A stretch of DNA of 64,000 nucleotides, taken from Gammaproteobacteria bacterium (GTDB lineage: Bacteria; Pseudomonadota; Gammaproteobacteria; UBA4575). The first letter of the stretch is position 1; every line of letters starts with the position of its first letter. The stretch is taken from NCBI GenBank assembly GCA_965222615.1, contig CBDCUI010000008.1, forward strand, positions 160,001-224,000, read 5' to 3'. The notes under the pieces were generated by a model. It worked only from the letters and a program-made list of their open reading frames with translations, was not told where the DNA came from and searched no databases. The position numbers and the translations under genes were made by a program. Shown here piece after piece: positions 26,349-35,293 of this stretch.

Positions 26349-27413
26349 ATGATGATGAATAAAGGCGCTATTTTACTGATTAGTTTTTTATTGTTCTTCA
26401 ACAATTTGTGTTTGGCGAAAGATGTTGTACCAAAGGGTGATCGATTTTTTGCGTTGGATATCACAATGGCTAGTGATAATGATTACGACGAGGCATTAAA
26501 GCAAGCATTGAAGGCGGGAATTGATGCTACAAATCTGGCAATATTTTGGGACGACTATGAGAACGAACCAGGAAAATATAATCCTGAAGTAGATTGGCTT
26601 GAAATTGCAAATATATATTATCCTGCAAAGAATTTGAAAATTTCGCTGACAATATCAGTGATCGATACTAATCAAAAGCGATTACCTGATGATTTGCAAA
26701 ATTTAGCATTTAATGATCCTAAAGTTGTCCATCGGTTTAAGAAGTTTCTAGACCATGTATTTAATAAAATTACTAACCTAGATTTAGTATCGATATCGAT
26801 TGGTAATGAAGTAGATGGATATCTTTCACAGCAAACTGGTTATTGGTCTGAATTTGAAGATTTTTATAAGCAAACTTCTACTTATGCGCGTACAAAACGT
26901 GATGACTTACAAGTAGGCACTAAAGCCATGTTTTATGGTTTAACTGGACAACATCAAAAAGAAATAAAAGCACTGAACCGATATAGTGACGTTATTCTTG
27001 TCACTTACTATCCGTTAAATGAGGATTTTTCAGTACGAGATCCAAGCGCTGTGTTCACAGATTTCGACAAGCTAAGCAAAATATATACTGAGCGTGATAT
27101 ACATTTTCTAGAGTCTGGTTATCCTTCTGGTAAAGAATGTGGCTCCTCTGAAAAATTGCAGGCCGAATTTATAGAAAATATTTTGCTGGCTTGGGATCAG
27201 CATAGTGATCAAATTAAGTACATCTCTCTTACTTGGCTTACCGATACCGCAAAGGAAAATGTTGTCACGATGCGGCATTATTATGGCGTGCAAGATAATA
27301 AATTTGCATGTTTTCTGGGCACTTTGGGACTACGCACCTATAGTGGTTCAGGCCGGGACAAAATGTCATTTCGGAATTTAATTGATCAAATCAAACGGCG
27401 TGGATGGAAATAA
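26349..27413 (+). CDS. Secreted clan GH-A-like glycoside hydrolase (family unresolved)
   Basis: Signal peptide; putative acid/base SIGNEVD and nucleophile FLESGYPS. Confidence 0.7.
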   Translation: MMMNKGAILLISFLLFFNNLCLAKDVVPKGDRFFALDITMASDNDYDEALKQALKAGIDATNLAIFWDDYENEPGKYNPEVDWLEIANIYYPAKNLKISLTISVIDTNQKRLPDDLQNLAFNDPKVVHRFKKFLDHVFNKITNLDLVSISIGNEVDGYLSQQTGYWSEFEDFYKQTSTYARTKRDDLQVGTKAMFYGLTGQHQKEIKALNRYSDVILVTYYPLNEDFSVRDPSAVFTDFDKLSKIYTERDIHFLESGYPSGKECGSSEKLQAEFIENILLAWDQHSDQIKYISLTWLTDTAKENVVTMRHYYGVQDNKFACFLGTLGLRTYSGSGRDKMSFRNLIDQIKRRGWK

Positions 27414-27537
27414 TGCATAATTTTTCGTAAATTGTTTAGGCTTTTCTTGTAGGTTTTCATAGGTTTGGAGATAATACGCCAAGACCAGGTCGCTTGGTCT
27501 GGGCAATTCCAGAACAAAAAGTCGTAGGAGTATAGAT

Positions 27538-27630
27538 ATGGATGATGAGTTTGTTAAAACGATGCTGGTGGTTGCTGCCATGGCTATTCCATGCATCATT
27601 TTGATTGTTGCCATTGTTGGTAAATTTTAA
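27538..27630 (+). CDS. Small single-TM membrane protein, 30 aa (not in ORF track)
   Basis: MDDEFVKTMLVVAAMAIPCIILIVAIVGKF; AGGAG RBS 7 nt upstream; hairpin plus T run at 27651-27683. Confidence 0.55.
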   Translation: MDDEFVKTMLVVAAMAIPCIILIVAIVGKF

Positions 27631-27736
27631 TTAAGAGGAGAATTTTTGTGGGCGCTATGAAGATTTTCATAAGCGCCTATTTTGTCGTTAGTAATCAAAT
27701 ATATAAGTCCACTTATCCTTCAAAACCTTTATTACA

Positions 27737-28075
27737 TTGAATTTTTCAACCCACTTTTGTTTGGTCGGTTTAGCTAGCCTTATAGTTTGTGTTGGCAGCG
27801 CCTGTTTGAGCTTGCCAAAATCAGAGCAAGAAGTGCAAGCAAAATATAGCCATACTGAACTCAAGCCAGGTAGGCACTATCTGGCATATTACGGAGAATT
27901 GGACATGAGCTTAGATACTGCTGTGGAAAAGTGGTTGGGCAAAGCTGAAAAATTATGTAAGTCACGTGAATTTGATTATCAGATCGTAAAACAGGAAATG
28001 CAAAGTAAAGAATATTCCGACAATAAATACCCATTTATTGAGGGGGATTTATTTTGCGCTAAAACTTCTGAATAG
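27737..28075 (+). CDS. Hypothetical protein, probable lipoprotein
   Basis: Hydrophobic N-terminus with a GSAC lipobox-like site; Cys pair AEKLC..LFC. Confidence 0.6.
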   Translation: MNFSTHFCLVGLASLIVCVGSACLSLPKSEQEVQAKYSHTELKPGRHYLAYYGELDMSLDTAVEKWLGKAEKLCKSREFDYQIVKQEMQSKEYSDNKYPFIEGDLFCAKTSE

Positions 28076-28264
28076 TTTTTGATTCTTACACTACTTTATC
28101 TATAGTAACAGAACTGTAACATATCTTTATTACGTTAATTTTTGTAGCAGCACTGATTAGTGCTAGAAAAGTTAACGTTCATCAAATAAAATTAGTTACA
28201 CGGTTGTGTCGGTCCATGAAATTTTTTGTTTCGGCACTGAATAATAAAAGAGTTGGATTTTACT

Positions 28265-28615
28265 ATGGTTTTGTGGTCATCACGTTCAAGTAAGAAGAAA
28301 AGTTCTACTAAAGTTACTAAACCAAAAGTAAGTCCCTATCACTGTGTTGAGTTAAAAATATCTTATGATGCTTGTGATGCAGCTATGCAGCAGCATGGTA
28401 AGCGTTATTTATCTGCTGAAGCGCCTATATTGCCTTTATCTGAGTGTGATCAACAAAGTTGTCGATGCCGCTTTAAACATCATGACGATAGACGGCATGA
28501 GCAACGCCGTGATCCGTTTAGTGAGACTGGAATTCATACACTTTACAGCGAGCAGCACAATCGGAGATTAGGTGGTGATCGGCGCCACAATACTGTGACA
28601 AAAATGGCACAATAA
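28265..28615 (+). CDS. Hypothetical Cys-rich protein
   Basis: YHCV..ACDAA..KRYLS.EAP.LPL.EC...C.CRFKHHDDRR pattern. Confidence 0.65.
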   Translation: MVLWSSRSSKKKSSTKVTKPKVSPYHCVELKISYDACDAAMQQHGKRYLSAEAPILPLSECDQQSCRCRFKHHDDRRHEQRRDPFSETGIHTLYSEQHNRRLGGDRRHNTVTKMAQ

Positions 28616-28653
28616 GCACCTAATCTAGTGTTAAGACAGTCAGTCGATATAGC

Positions 28654-29358
28654 TTAACTTTTCTCTTCTAGATCGTTTTCCGATGTAGTGTCTACTACTT
28701 CGGCATCTTCCAATTCGATCTCGTCTATATCAAAATTTGTGGGTTTGAGGTTAAATGACTGTGTAATGTCCTCAAAGGCGGACTCGAAAGCCAGTGTTAA
28801 GGCCTTATAGATTGTGTAGCCATACATATCTTGTGTTTCACGTTTATTGCGAAAGCGTTTTATCAACTCACCTTGTGCATTTGCGGTAAATACACTTTCG
28901 TAAATTCGATTGTTTTGCGAGTCAGTCAAAAAAACTTCAAGTTTGGTTTTTGCTACTGGCCGCATTTGACCACCTTCTACTTTTAGAGAATGATCGAGTT
29001 TAAATATGCGTGCATGAATATTTAATTCTGGCACTTCTTCATTTTCATTCTCACTGTCATATTGGAACCAGCGAAATATGCTGGCGTGTCCCGCGAGATT
29101 GAGCATTTCTTCTTCTGGAAAGACAATGGTTTTAAGATTGCGGGTATCGGCATTATTAGCTTCAGCTTTGCCTGTAGAGGTACTTGCTTCCGGGTAGAAG
29201 TTGGTGATGGCTAGATAAGGCTGAACATTGGGCAAGTCTTGCATGGCCGCTACAAGTTGATCGGCATCGGCATCGGCGTGGTATTGGGTCGCACAACTGC
29301 TTAACCCAATAATGAATAAAATATTTATGAATAGCGTAAAAGAGCGAATACTATGCAT
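28654..29358 (-). CDS. Hypothetical lipoprotein
   Basis: Lipobox LSSC after a hydrophobic stretch; acidic tail. Confidence 0.65.
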   Translation of the reverse strand: MHSIRSFTLFINILFIIGLSSCATQYHADADADQLVAAMQDLPNVQPYLAITNFYPEASTSTGKAEANNADTRNLKTIVFPEEEMLNLAGHASIFRWFQYDSENENEEVPELNIHARIFKLDHSLKVEGGQMRPVAKTKLEVFLTDSQNNRIYESVFTANAQGELIKRFRNKRETQDMYGYTIYKALTLAFESAFEDITQSFNLKPTNFDIDEIELEDAEVVDTTSENDLEEKS

Positions 29359-29506
29359 GCTTGTCCCGCTAACTAAACCTCTTGAATATTAGAGTGTAGC
29401 GATTTCGAGCAGTTTCTCGAATACCAGGGCCTACCGTTAGTAAGGTAAAACTACCGGTTATCTACTATTTTGAGTTAGGTTCTAATTATGAGGAAAGTTA
29501 TCCTGG

Positions 29507-30028
29507 TTAACCCTGTTCAACTCTGGTCTTTAACTGAGTCAATCCTTGTTGAAACATCGTGCCAATAGAATATTTCATGAATAGTGCGAAATAGCCCCCA
29601 ATAATAGGCATGTTCATATCACCGCGTAGTGACCAATTTACCTTGGTTCTTTTACTTGAAGACGAATCATAAGTAATTGCACTTTTAGAGGTGTATTTAC
29701 CGCCTTGAAAAAATAAATCGTACTCAATGCCTTTATCAGGTGCCCAGGAAGTAAACATCAGTGAGCCGCCGCCGTGTTTGTCTTGCCAGCTTTGAGCGGC
29801 CCCTATCCCTTTAGTTTTTTTGCCCATAGTAATCTGAACGTCGGGATCTTCACCTGTCCAAGGTGTCCATAAGGGCCATTTAGTTAGATCGCCTACGTAT
29901 TCATGAATTTGCGCAGGCGATGAAGCAATGGTCACACTTTTGTTAATTGCATACTGTGTTGGTAAAAAATAACCGATAACTCCTAATATCAGCAGTAAGA
30001 AAAAAATGAAACCTAAAAATTTTTTCAT
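29507..30028 (-). CDS. SRPBCC (polyketide cyclase/START-like) family protein
   Basis: N-terminal TM; DL.KW.LWTPW...DP, G.GA...W and GL..LK motifs. Confidence 0.8.
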   Translation of the reverse strand: MKKFLGFIFFLLLILGVIGYFLPTQYAINKSVTIASSPAQIHEYVGDLTKWPLWTPWTGEDPDVQITMGKKTKGIGAAQSWQDKHGGGSLMFTSWAPDKGIEYDLFFQGGKYTSKSAITYDSSSSKRTKVNWSLRGDMNMPIIGGYFALFMKYSIGTMFQQGLTQLKTRVEQG

Positions 30029-30111
30029 ATCGTTCTAGTACAAAGTTGACGAATAAGTTGCAACTAATATTTTTTAAGGAAGTTCTGATTTATTTGTAAA
30101 TCAATATTTCC

Positions 30112-30531
30112 TTAAGCTGTGTCAGCTGTTTTAGATCGAAAGATAAAGGCAACAATAATTCCGGCTAAAATAAACTCAATTAAAATACCAATTACCCAAT
30201 TGATTAACAGGCCTGTAGGGTAAGGTGCAACTGCATACCAAATTAAATAGTGACCACAAAAGATTATTGCTATTAATAAGCCATACACTATTCCTTCGGC
30301 AATACCGCCGCGTTTAAATGCTTTGGTAAACAACGCAACAAAACCAATCGAAATAATGAGCTGTCCAAGCGTGAGCCAAATCATATAATCTTTCATATCT
30401 GTTTGAGGTCGCCACAAACTAGCCGTCTGCTCATATGTGCTTTTCAGATAGAAGCCGTGAAACAAAAAATCAAATATGAAAATAAATAGAAAAACTGTTA
30501 TACAGGCGATGGAAAATTTTTTACCGTTCAT
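30112..30531 (-). CDS. Four-TM hypothetical membrane protein
   Basis: Four hydrophobic helices; FHG..L...Y......WR motif. Confidence 0.7.
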   Translation of the reverse strand: MNGKKFSIACITVFLFIFIFDFLFHGFYLKSTYEQTASLWRPQTDMKDYMIWLTLGQLIISIGFVALFTKAFKRGGIAEGIVYGLLIAIIFCGHYLIWYAVAPYPTGLLINWVIGILIEFILAGIIVAFIFRSKTADTA

Positions 30532-30552
30532 TTTGAGTCTCCTTTTTTGTAG

Positions 30553-30879
30553 TTATGTTTCTGTTGGCGGAGAATAACTTGGGTCGTTGGGGTTTAAAAA
30601 AACAAAATTGAATTGCTTAGGCTCTAACTCTACATAATCAAGCGTTGCACCCTTAAGTAATTCCAAACTACTGTCGGCGATGACGATTTCGACTCCATTT
30701 GATTCAAAATAATGATCCTTGTCTGAACTTCCACCGATATCATCGAATCCTAAGCCATAATGAATAGAGTTGTCCGCATTACGTGTGGCAGCAATACGTA
30801 ACGGAGTATTTTCTAATTTTGACTCAATCGCAGATTTTTTAATTATATTGGCTGCGGTTTTAGTAATTTCAAAAGACAT
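30553..30879 (-). CDS. dsrR: DsrR, IscA-like protein lacking the cluster Cys residues
   Basis: HesB/IscA-fold motifs (LRIAA, Y.LGFD, GATLDYVE, F.FLNPN); no Cys; follows dsrN. Confidence 0.85.
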   Translation of the reverse strand: MSFEITKTAANIIKKSAIESKLENTPLRIAATRNADNSIHYGLGFDDIGGSSDKDHYFESNGVEIVIADSSLELLKGATLDYVELEPKQFNFVFLNPNDPSYSPPTET

Positions 30880-30918
30880 GCTGCGACTCTAAGAAGCTCT
30901 GATTTATTTTAAACCATC

Positions 30919-32286
30919 TTAGTCACATGTTTTTACAAAATTAATAAAGTTTGGAATCCATTGATTTTTCAGCGTATTTCGCTGATGTGCGTAGCAGGCC
31001 AAAAGGTTTTTATGAACAATACCGTCATATTCTCCATTTACACCGAAACCACGTTTAACTTGATAAGCAAATGTAGTATCGGTTGGAATATTGTTTAGCT
31101 TTGAATAATGAAATTCATGTCCTGGTATGGATTCGTTGGAACAATTCGGCCATGGATGCTGAGAATCGTTTTCTAGAAGTGTATAGCCCCTTCCAATAGG
31201 TTTTGTGTGCATTTCACAATCCGCCTGAATAATTCCGACCATCTCAGCTTGTTCAGAGTTATAAATGATCGACTTACATAAATACATCAAACCACCGCAC
31301 TCCGCATAGGCAGGCATGCCTTGTTCGATTGCATTTTGAATAGATTGTTTCATTTTTTTATTTGCAGCGAGTTGTTGCATACGTTTTTCTGGAAAACCTC
31401 CACCGATAAATAATGCATGCGCGGCTTCAGGCAGTCGGCTGTCTTGTAAGGTATCAAAAGCAAGTAATTCAGCACCATGTTGTGCAAACGTATCTAAATC
31501 ATCTGCATAATAAAAACCAAAGGCTTCATCTTTGGCATAGGCAACTTTTAAATGACTAGTTTCCGTCGGCGTGACATTCGTATTTTTTTTATTTACTTTT
31601 GTTGCGGTCGTATTTGCAATTTCTACTAGACGATCCAGATCAATTTGTTGAGAAAGTGTTTTCGCAATGCGCAGAATTTTTTCTTGGGCAAGTTTGTCTT
31701 CGTTGCTCGGCATTAAGCCTAAGTAACGTTCAACTAGCTCTAGTTCTGCGCTGCGCTGCACAGTTCCAAGTATTGGAATATCTGTATAGTGTTCTAAAGC
31801 GGCAGTTAATTTTGCTGCATGACGGTTTCCACCGACAAAATTTAAAATGATTCCTGCAATATTTATTTCTGGATCAAATTGTTGATAGCCTAAAACTAAA
31901 GGGGCAACTCCGCGAATTGTGCCACGTGTATCAAGCACCAGCACTACGGGCGCATCGATTAATTTTGCAAGGGCTGCATTGCTATTACTACCATCCGTGG
32001 CGAGTCCATCGTGTAGGCCTTTGTTGCCTTCTATAATGCTGATGTCTGTATTTAAACTATGGGTTGCAAACATGGACCGGATTTCTGCTTTGGATTGGGT
32101 CCAGAAATCTAGGTTGTAGCAGCTACGTCCGCTGGCTTCTTTAAGCCAAATAGCATCTATATAGTCAGGACCTTTTTTAAAGGCCTGTATGTTTAAGCCT
32201 TTTTCGCGCAATGCTGCGCATATGCCAAGGCTTAAGACGGTTTTACCGGAGGACTTGTGGGCGGCGGAAATTAGTAGATGTGCCAC
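30919..32286 (-). CDS. dsrN: DsrN, siroheme amidase (cobyrinate a,c-diamide synthase family)
   Basis: SSGKT, FKKGPDYID, AFGFYY, AECGGLMYL and GHEFHYS motifs; in the dsr operon. Confidence 0.92.
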   Translation of the reverse strand: MAHLLISAAHKSSGKTVLSLGICAALREKGLNIQAFKKGPDYIDAIWLKEASGRSCYNLDFWTQSKAEIRSMFATHSLNTDISIIEGNKGLHDGLATDGSNSNAALAKLIDAPVVLVLDTRGTIRGVAPLVLGYQQFDPEINIAGIILNFVGGNRHAAKLTAALEHYTDIPILGTVQRSAELELVERYLGLMPSNEDKLAQEKILRIAKTLSQQIDLDRLVEIANTTATKVNKKNTNVTPTETSHLKVAYAKDEAFGFYYADDLDTFAQHGAELLAFDTLQDSRLPEAAHALFIGGGFPEKRMQQLAANKKMKQSIQNAIEQGMPAYAECGGLMYLCKSIIYNSEQAEMVGIIQADCEMHTKPIGRGYTLLENDSQHPWPNCSNESIPGHEFHYSKLNNIPTDTTFAYQVKRGFGVNGEYDGIVHKNLLACYAHQRNTLKNQWIPNFINFVKTCD

Positions 32287-32295
32287 AATTTAATT

Positions 32296-32375
32296 GAAGA
32301 AGCTATAATTTATTCTGCCTTAATTAATTTTCTTAGGTCGTTAAAAAATAATCTCAAAATAAATCAGAGTTTCCC
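32296..32375. repeat. Internally deleted copy of the ERIC-like element (termini only)
   Basis: Termini GAAGCTATAATTTATT...AATAAATCAGAGTTTC match the copies at 45795, 60173 and 62851; overlaps the dsrP stop. Confidence 0.6.
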
Positions 32376-33569
32376 TAAGTTAAGGGCCTTGTCGGATAGA
32401 CTTTCTGGTAGAAACTCCAGTACGGCAATACCAATTGCAACGATGATTAACGATAAACAGATTCCTCCAATACCTAGTAGCACTTCGAAAATACTCGGCG
32501 CGTATTCAGCTACTACTCCATCATAAAAACTACTAGTAGTTTCCATGCCAGGGAACAATATTAAAGGATAAGCTTGTCCACCGATAACAATTACATACAG
32601 TTGTGCAAGACCACCGATAATGACTAGACAAGCTGCCAACACCAACATGCTTCTAGACTGACTCATTGGCTTGATAAAAACTAAGGCTAGAGGAATTAAA
32701 CAACCGATAATGATTTGTACTACCCAAAATAAAAAGGTGTAAATACCTCCATCTAACAAAATAAAGCGTTCGATCCCATGGTGTTCTGTGGCGTATAAAT
32801 TAGTTAGGTGGTATGCCAATACAAAATAAAGTACGGTCGCCACAAAAATACCTAATAGTTTTTTAAGTTTATCCAAAATCGCATCACCCAGTGGACGATG
32901 AGTCCATTTATAGCTAGCCATTAAAACTAAAATAAAAATCGCAAGACCAAATGCAAATGACATAATGATAAATAAAGGTGCCATAATGGCAGCATCATAA
33001 GCTTGGCGTGCCACCAAAAATCCAAAAATGGATCCGGTACCGGTGGTGAGTATGAGTCGCCAGATGAAAGCAAAAAATCCAGCAGGCTTACTGAACTTAT
33101 TCATTTTTCTTTCCATCATCATCCATAGATAGATCGCAACGATGAGGAGAAAGCCGGTATACAAAAAGATATTCCAAGCAAAAATTGATTTGAAATTATA
33201 TTTAGTCATAGCGACGATCAATCGATCGGGTCGACCCAGATCTAATACCAATACTATTAAGCCACCAACTAGCAAGGCGATAGCTAATAAGGCTGAGAGT
33301 CTTGCCAATGGTTTGTAGTCAGTTTTTCCAAATACCGACGATATCGAAGCGACGTTTAATGCACCGGATGCTGCAACGATTAAGAAAATTGCGATTACAT
33401 GTGGGAAACCCCATACGATTTGATTAGTCATACCGGTAATATGATGGCCTTCCACATCCATATGGTGCGCAGCTAAATAGCCCACTAAGGCAGCAAGCCC
33501 AAGTGCGCCTAATAAAATCCAATATTGGATGGATTTGGCGTCAATGGATGAGAATCTAGTAGTTTCCAT
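32364..33569 (-). CDS. dsrP: DsrP, NrfD/PsrC-family membrane subunit
   Basis: Polytopic; TGM.NQIVWG.PH and DLGRPDRL motifs; follows dsrO. Confidence 0.94.
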   Translation of the reverse strand: METTRFSSIDAKSIQYWILLGALGLAALVGYLAAHHMDVEGHHITGMTNQIVWGFPHVIAIFLIVAASGALNVASISSVFGKTDYKPLARLSALLAIALLVGGLIVLVLDLGRPDRLIVAMTKYNFKSIFAWNIFLYTGFLLIVAIYLWMMMERKMNKFSKPAGFFAFIWRLILTTGTGSIFGFLVARQAYDAAIMAPLFIIMSFAFGLAIFILVLMASYKWTHRPLGDAILDKLKKLLGIFVATVLYFVLAYHLTNLYATEHHGIERFILLDGGIYTFLFWVVQIIIGCLIPLALVFIKPMSQSRSMLVLAACLVIIGGLAQLYVIVIGGQAYPLILFPGMETTSSFYDGVVAEYAPSIFEVLLGIGGICLSLIIVAIGIAVLEFLPESLSDKALNLGKL

Positions 33570-33600
33570 TAGTTTAGTTCACTTTTTTAAGTAAGCTTTG

Positions 33601-33727
33601 ATTTAAATTGTAGATTTTGTTCAAAGACGCGGCGCAGTGCTTTCAAGAAGCGCAGTTTACATAAAAGTAAATGAGCATCGGAGAAAGTGCTGCAACAATG
33701 TATTTGGACAAAAGATGCATTTTAAAT
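33601..33727. repeat. ERIC/RPE-like palindromic element between dsrO and dsrP
   Basis: Core GCGCAGTTTACATAAAAGTAAATGAGC in a long hairpin. Confidence 0.75.
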
Positions 33728-34489
33728 ACCTTGATAACGGACACCGGTGTTAAGCCCCAAGTCGGCTCTTATCTGAGTACCACCATGTTTTTCTAATTGT
33801 TTTGAAATTTCACTATTGGGGTCGTTTAAGTCACCAAATAAAAGCGCCTTGTGGCCATCTTTGGCACAGGCCTCGGCACAAGCGGTGTTGTTGTCACCGC
33901 GGTCCACTTTGTGTACACACAAAGTGCAACTTTCGACACAACCTTTACCGCGTGGCGAATGCGGTAGTTGATCTTGTAATGGTTCATGTATAAACGAGCG
34001 TGCTTTATAGGGGCACGCCATCATGCAATAACGGCATCCAATACAGGTATGTTTGTTGACTAAGACGATGCCATCTTCGCGTCTGAATGAAGCACCGGTT
34101 GGGCAAACATCTACGCAGGGCGGGTATTCGCAGTGTTGGCACATCATCGGTAGTGAAATAACGTGACCAGTTTGTTTATCGGTTATATTAAGCTTGCGTA
34201 TCCATTGTGCATCGGTTTCTGGTCGATCCAAGCTCCAGAGTCCATGTTCCTCATTACATGCCGTCACACAGGCATCACAATCTTCTTGACAGAGGTTAGT
34301 ATTGACTAACATGCCCCAACGTTGTTGGTTGCTAACGGCTTGGTCGGCCGGTTTCGCACTAGTAGTTTGATAGAGCATGATACCTGGTGCAATCGCTAAA
34401 CCTCCTAAAACAACGGCACACCGGAGAAATTCACGTCGTTCGAGATTAGTTTCTCCTTGGTTTAATTTTGGATCTAATTTGTAACGCAT
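33722..34489 (-). CDS. dsrO: DsrO, Tat-exported 4Fe-4S ferredoxin subunit
   Basis: Tat motif RREFL; CQHC..PPCVDVCP, CIGCRYCMMACP and CTLC motifs. Confidence 0.94.
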   Translation of the reverse strand: MRYKLDPKLNQGETNLERREFLRCAVVLGGLAIAPGIMLYQTTSAKPADQAVSNQQRWGMLVNTNLCQEDCDACVTACNEEHGLWSLDRPETDAQWIRKLNITDKQTGHVISLPMMCQHCEYPPCVDVCPTGASFRREDGIVLVNKHTCIGCRYCMMACPYKARSFIHEPLQDQLPHSPRGKGCVESCTLCVHKVDRGDNNTACAEACAKDGHKALLFGDLNDPNSEISKQLEKHGGTQIRADLGLNTGVRYQGI

Positions 34490-34491
34490 GG

Positions 34492-34977
34492 TTATTGAGA
34501 AGGTAAGTTGCTTAACTGCAATGACTTATGAATCTTTTGCATGGGAAAATCAGCTTTCGCATCGAGTGCTTTACGTATCGCTTCTTCAGGTCGATCTGAA
34601 TGACATTGAAAGCAATCGATATTTACCGCCGCAAATTGGTGGCAGCTGGCACAGAAATGAGTGTCTTCAGAATAGCGTGCATATTCACCTTGCTCATTAG
34701 GCGTAATATGACAATCAATACAGCTATTTAGACTATATTGCGTAGTTCGAATCCCTTCGATCACTGTGCGGTCACGGTGATCTAAAATGAAATCAAAGTG
34801 CTGTCTACGCATAACTTCTACCGGTTCAACACATATAGTTTCTTCACTGTATTTACCTTTAGGTGGAGGAATGTCTTCAGGGTTTCCTGCATACACCATA
34901 CGCAAACCCACTCCGCAAAAAACTAGTGTGATGAGTAACAATAAATAGCTGCTATATCTCTTCCACAATTTTTTCAT
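34492..34977 (-). CDS. dsrJ: DsrJ, triheme cytochrome c
   Basis: CIDCH, CASCH and CFQCH; CVEP..VMRRQH. Confidence 0.93.
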   Translation of the reverse strand: MKKLWKRYSSYLLLLITLVFCGVGLRMVYAGNPEDIPPPKGKYSEETICVEPVEVMRRQHFDFILDHRDRTVIEGIRTTQYSLNSCIDCHITPNEQGEYARYSEDTHFCASCHQFAAVNIDCFQCHSDRPEEAIRKALDAKADFPMQKIHKSLQLSNLPSQ

Positions 34978-35001
34978 TTTTAATTATTATTTAAGGAGTT
35001 T

Positions 35002-35293
35002 GGGGTGCTTCTAAAAATAGTAGATTTTTTTTCAATGTAAATAAAAGACTTTACACAGACTGGTATTTTACTTTCAGGCAAGGCAAAAATGCGCACAGGG
35101 AGGGAGTTTACATGAAGTAAATGACCGACTGAGCACATGTCTAATAATTCGAGGGTATTTCTAGAAATAGTGGATTTTTTGTCAGAGCAAGGAAGTACCG
35201 CGCGCAAAACCGCAGTGTATATGTCAATACATGAGGATTTGAGCACGGGACTGACGAAGCTATGGCGGAAAAGACACATTTTTAGATGTACCC
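35002..35293. repeat. Two tandem ERIC/RPE-like elements between dsrL and dsrJ
   Basis: Cores GGGAGTTTACATGAAGTAAATGACC (~35102) and CGCAGTGTATATGTCAATACATGAGG (~35211); the second copy ends at the dsrL stop. Confidence 0.78.
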
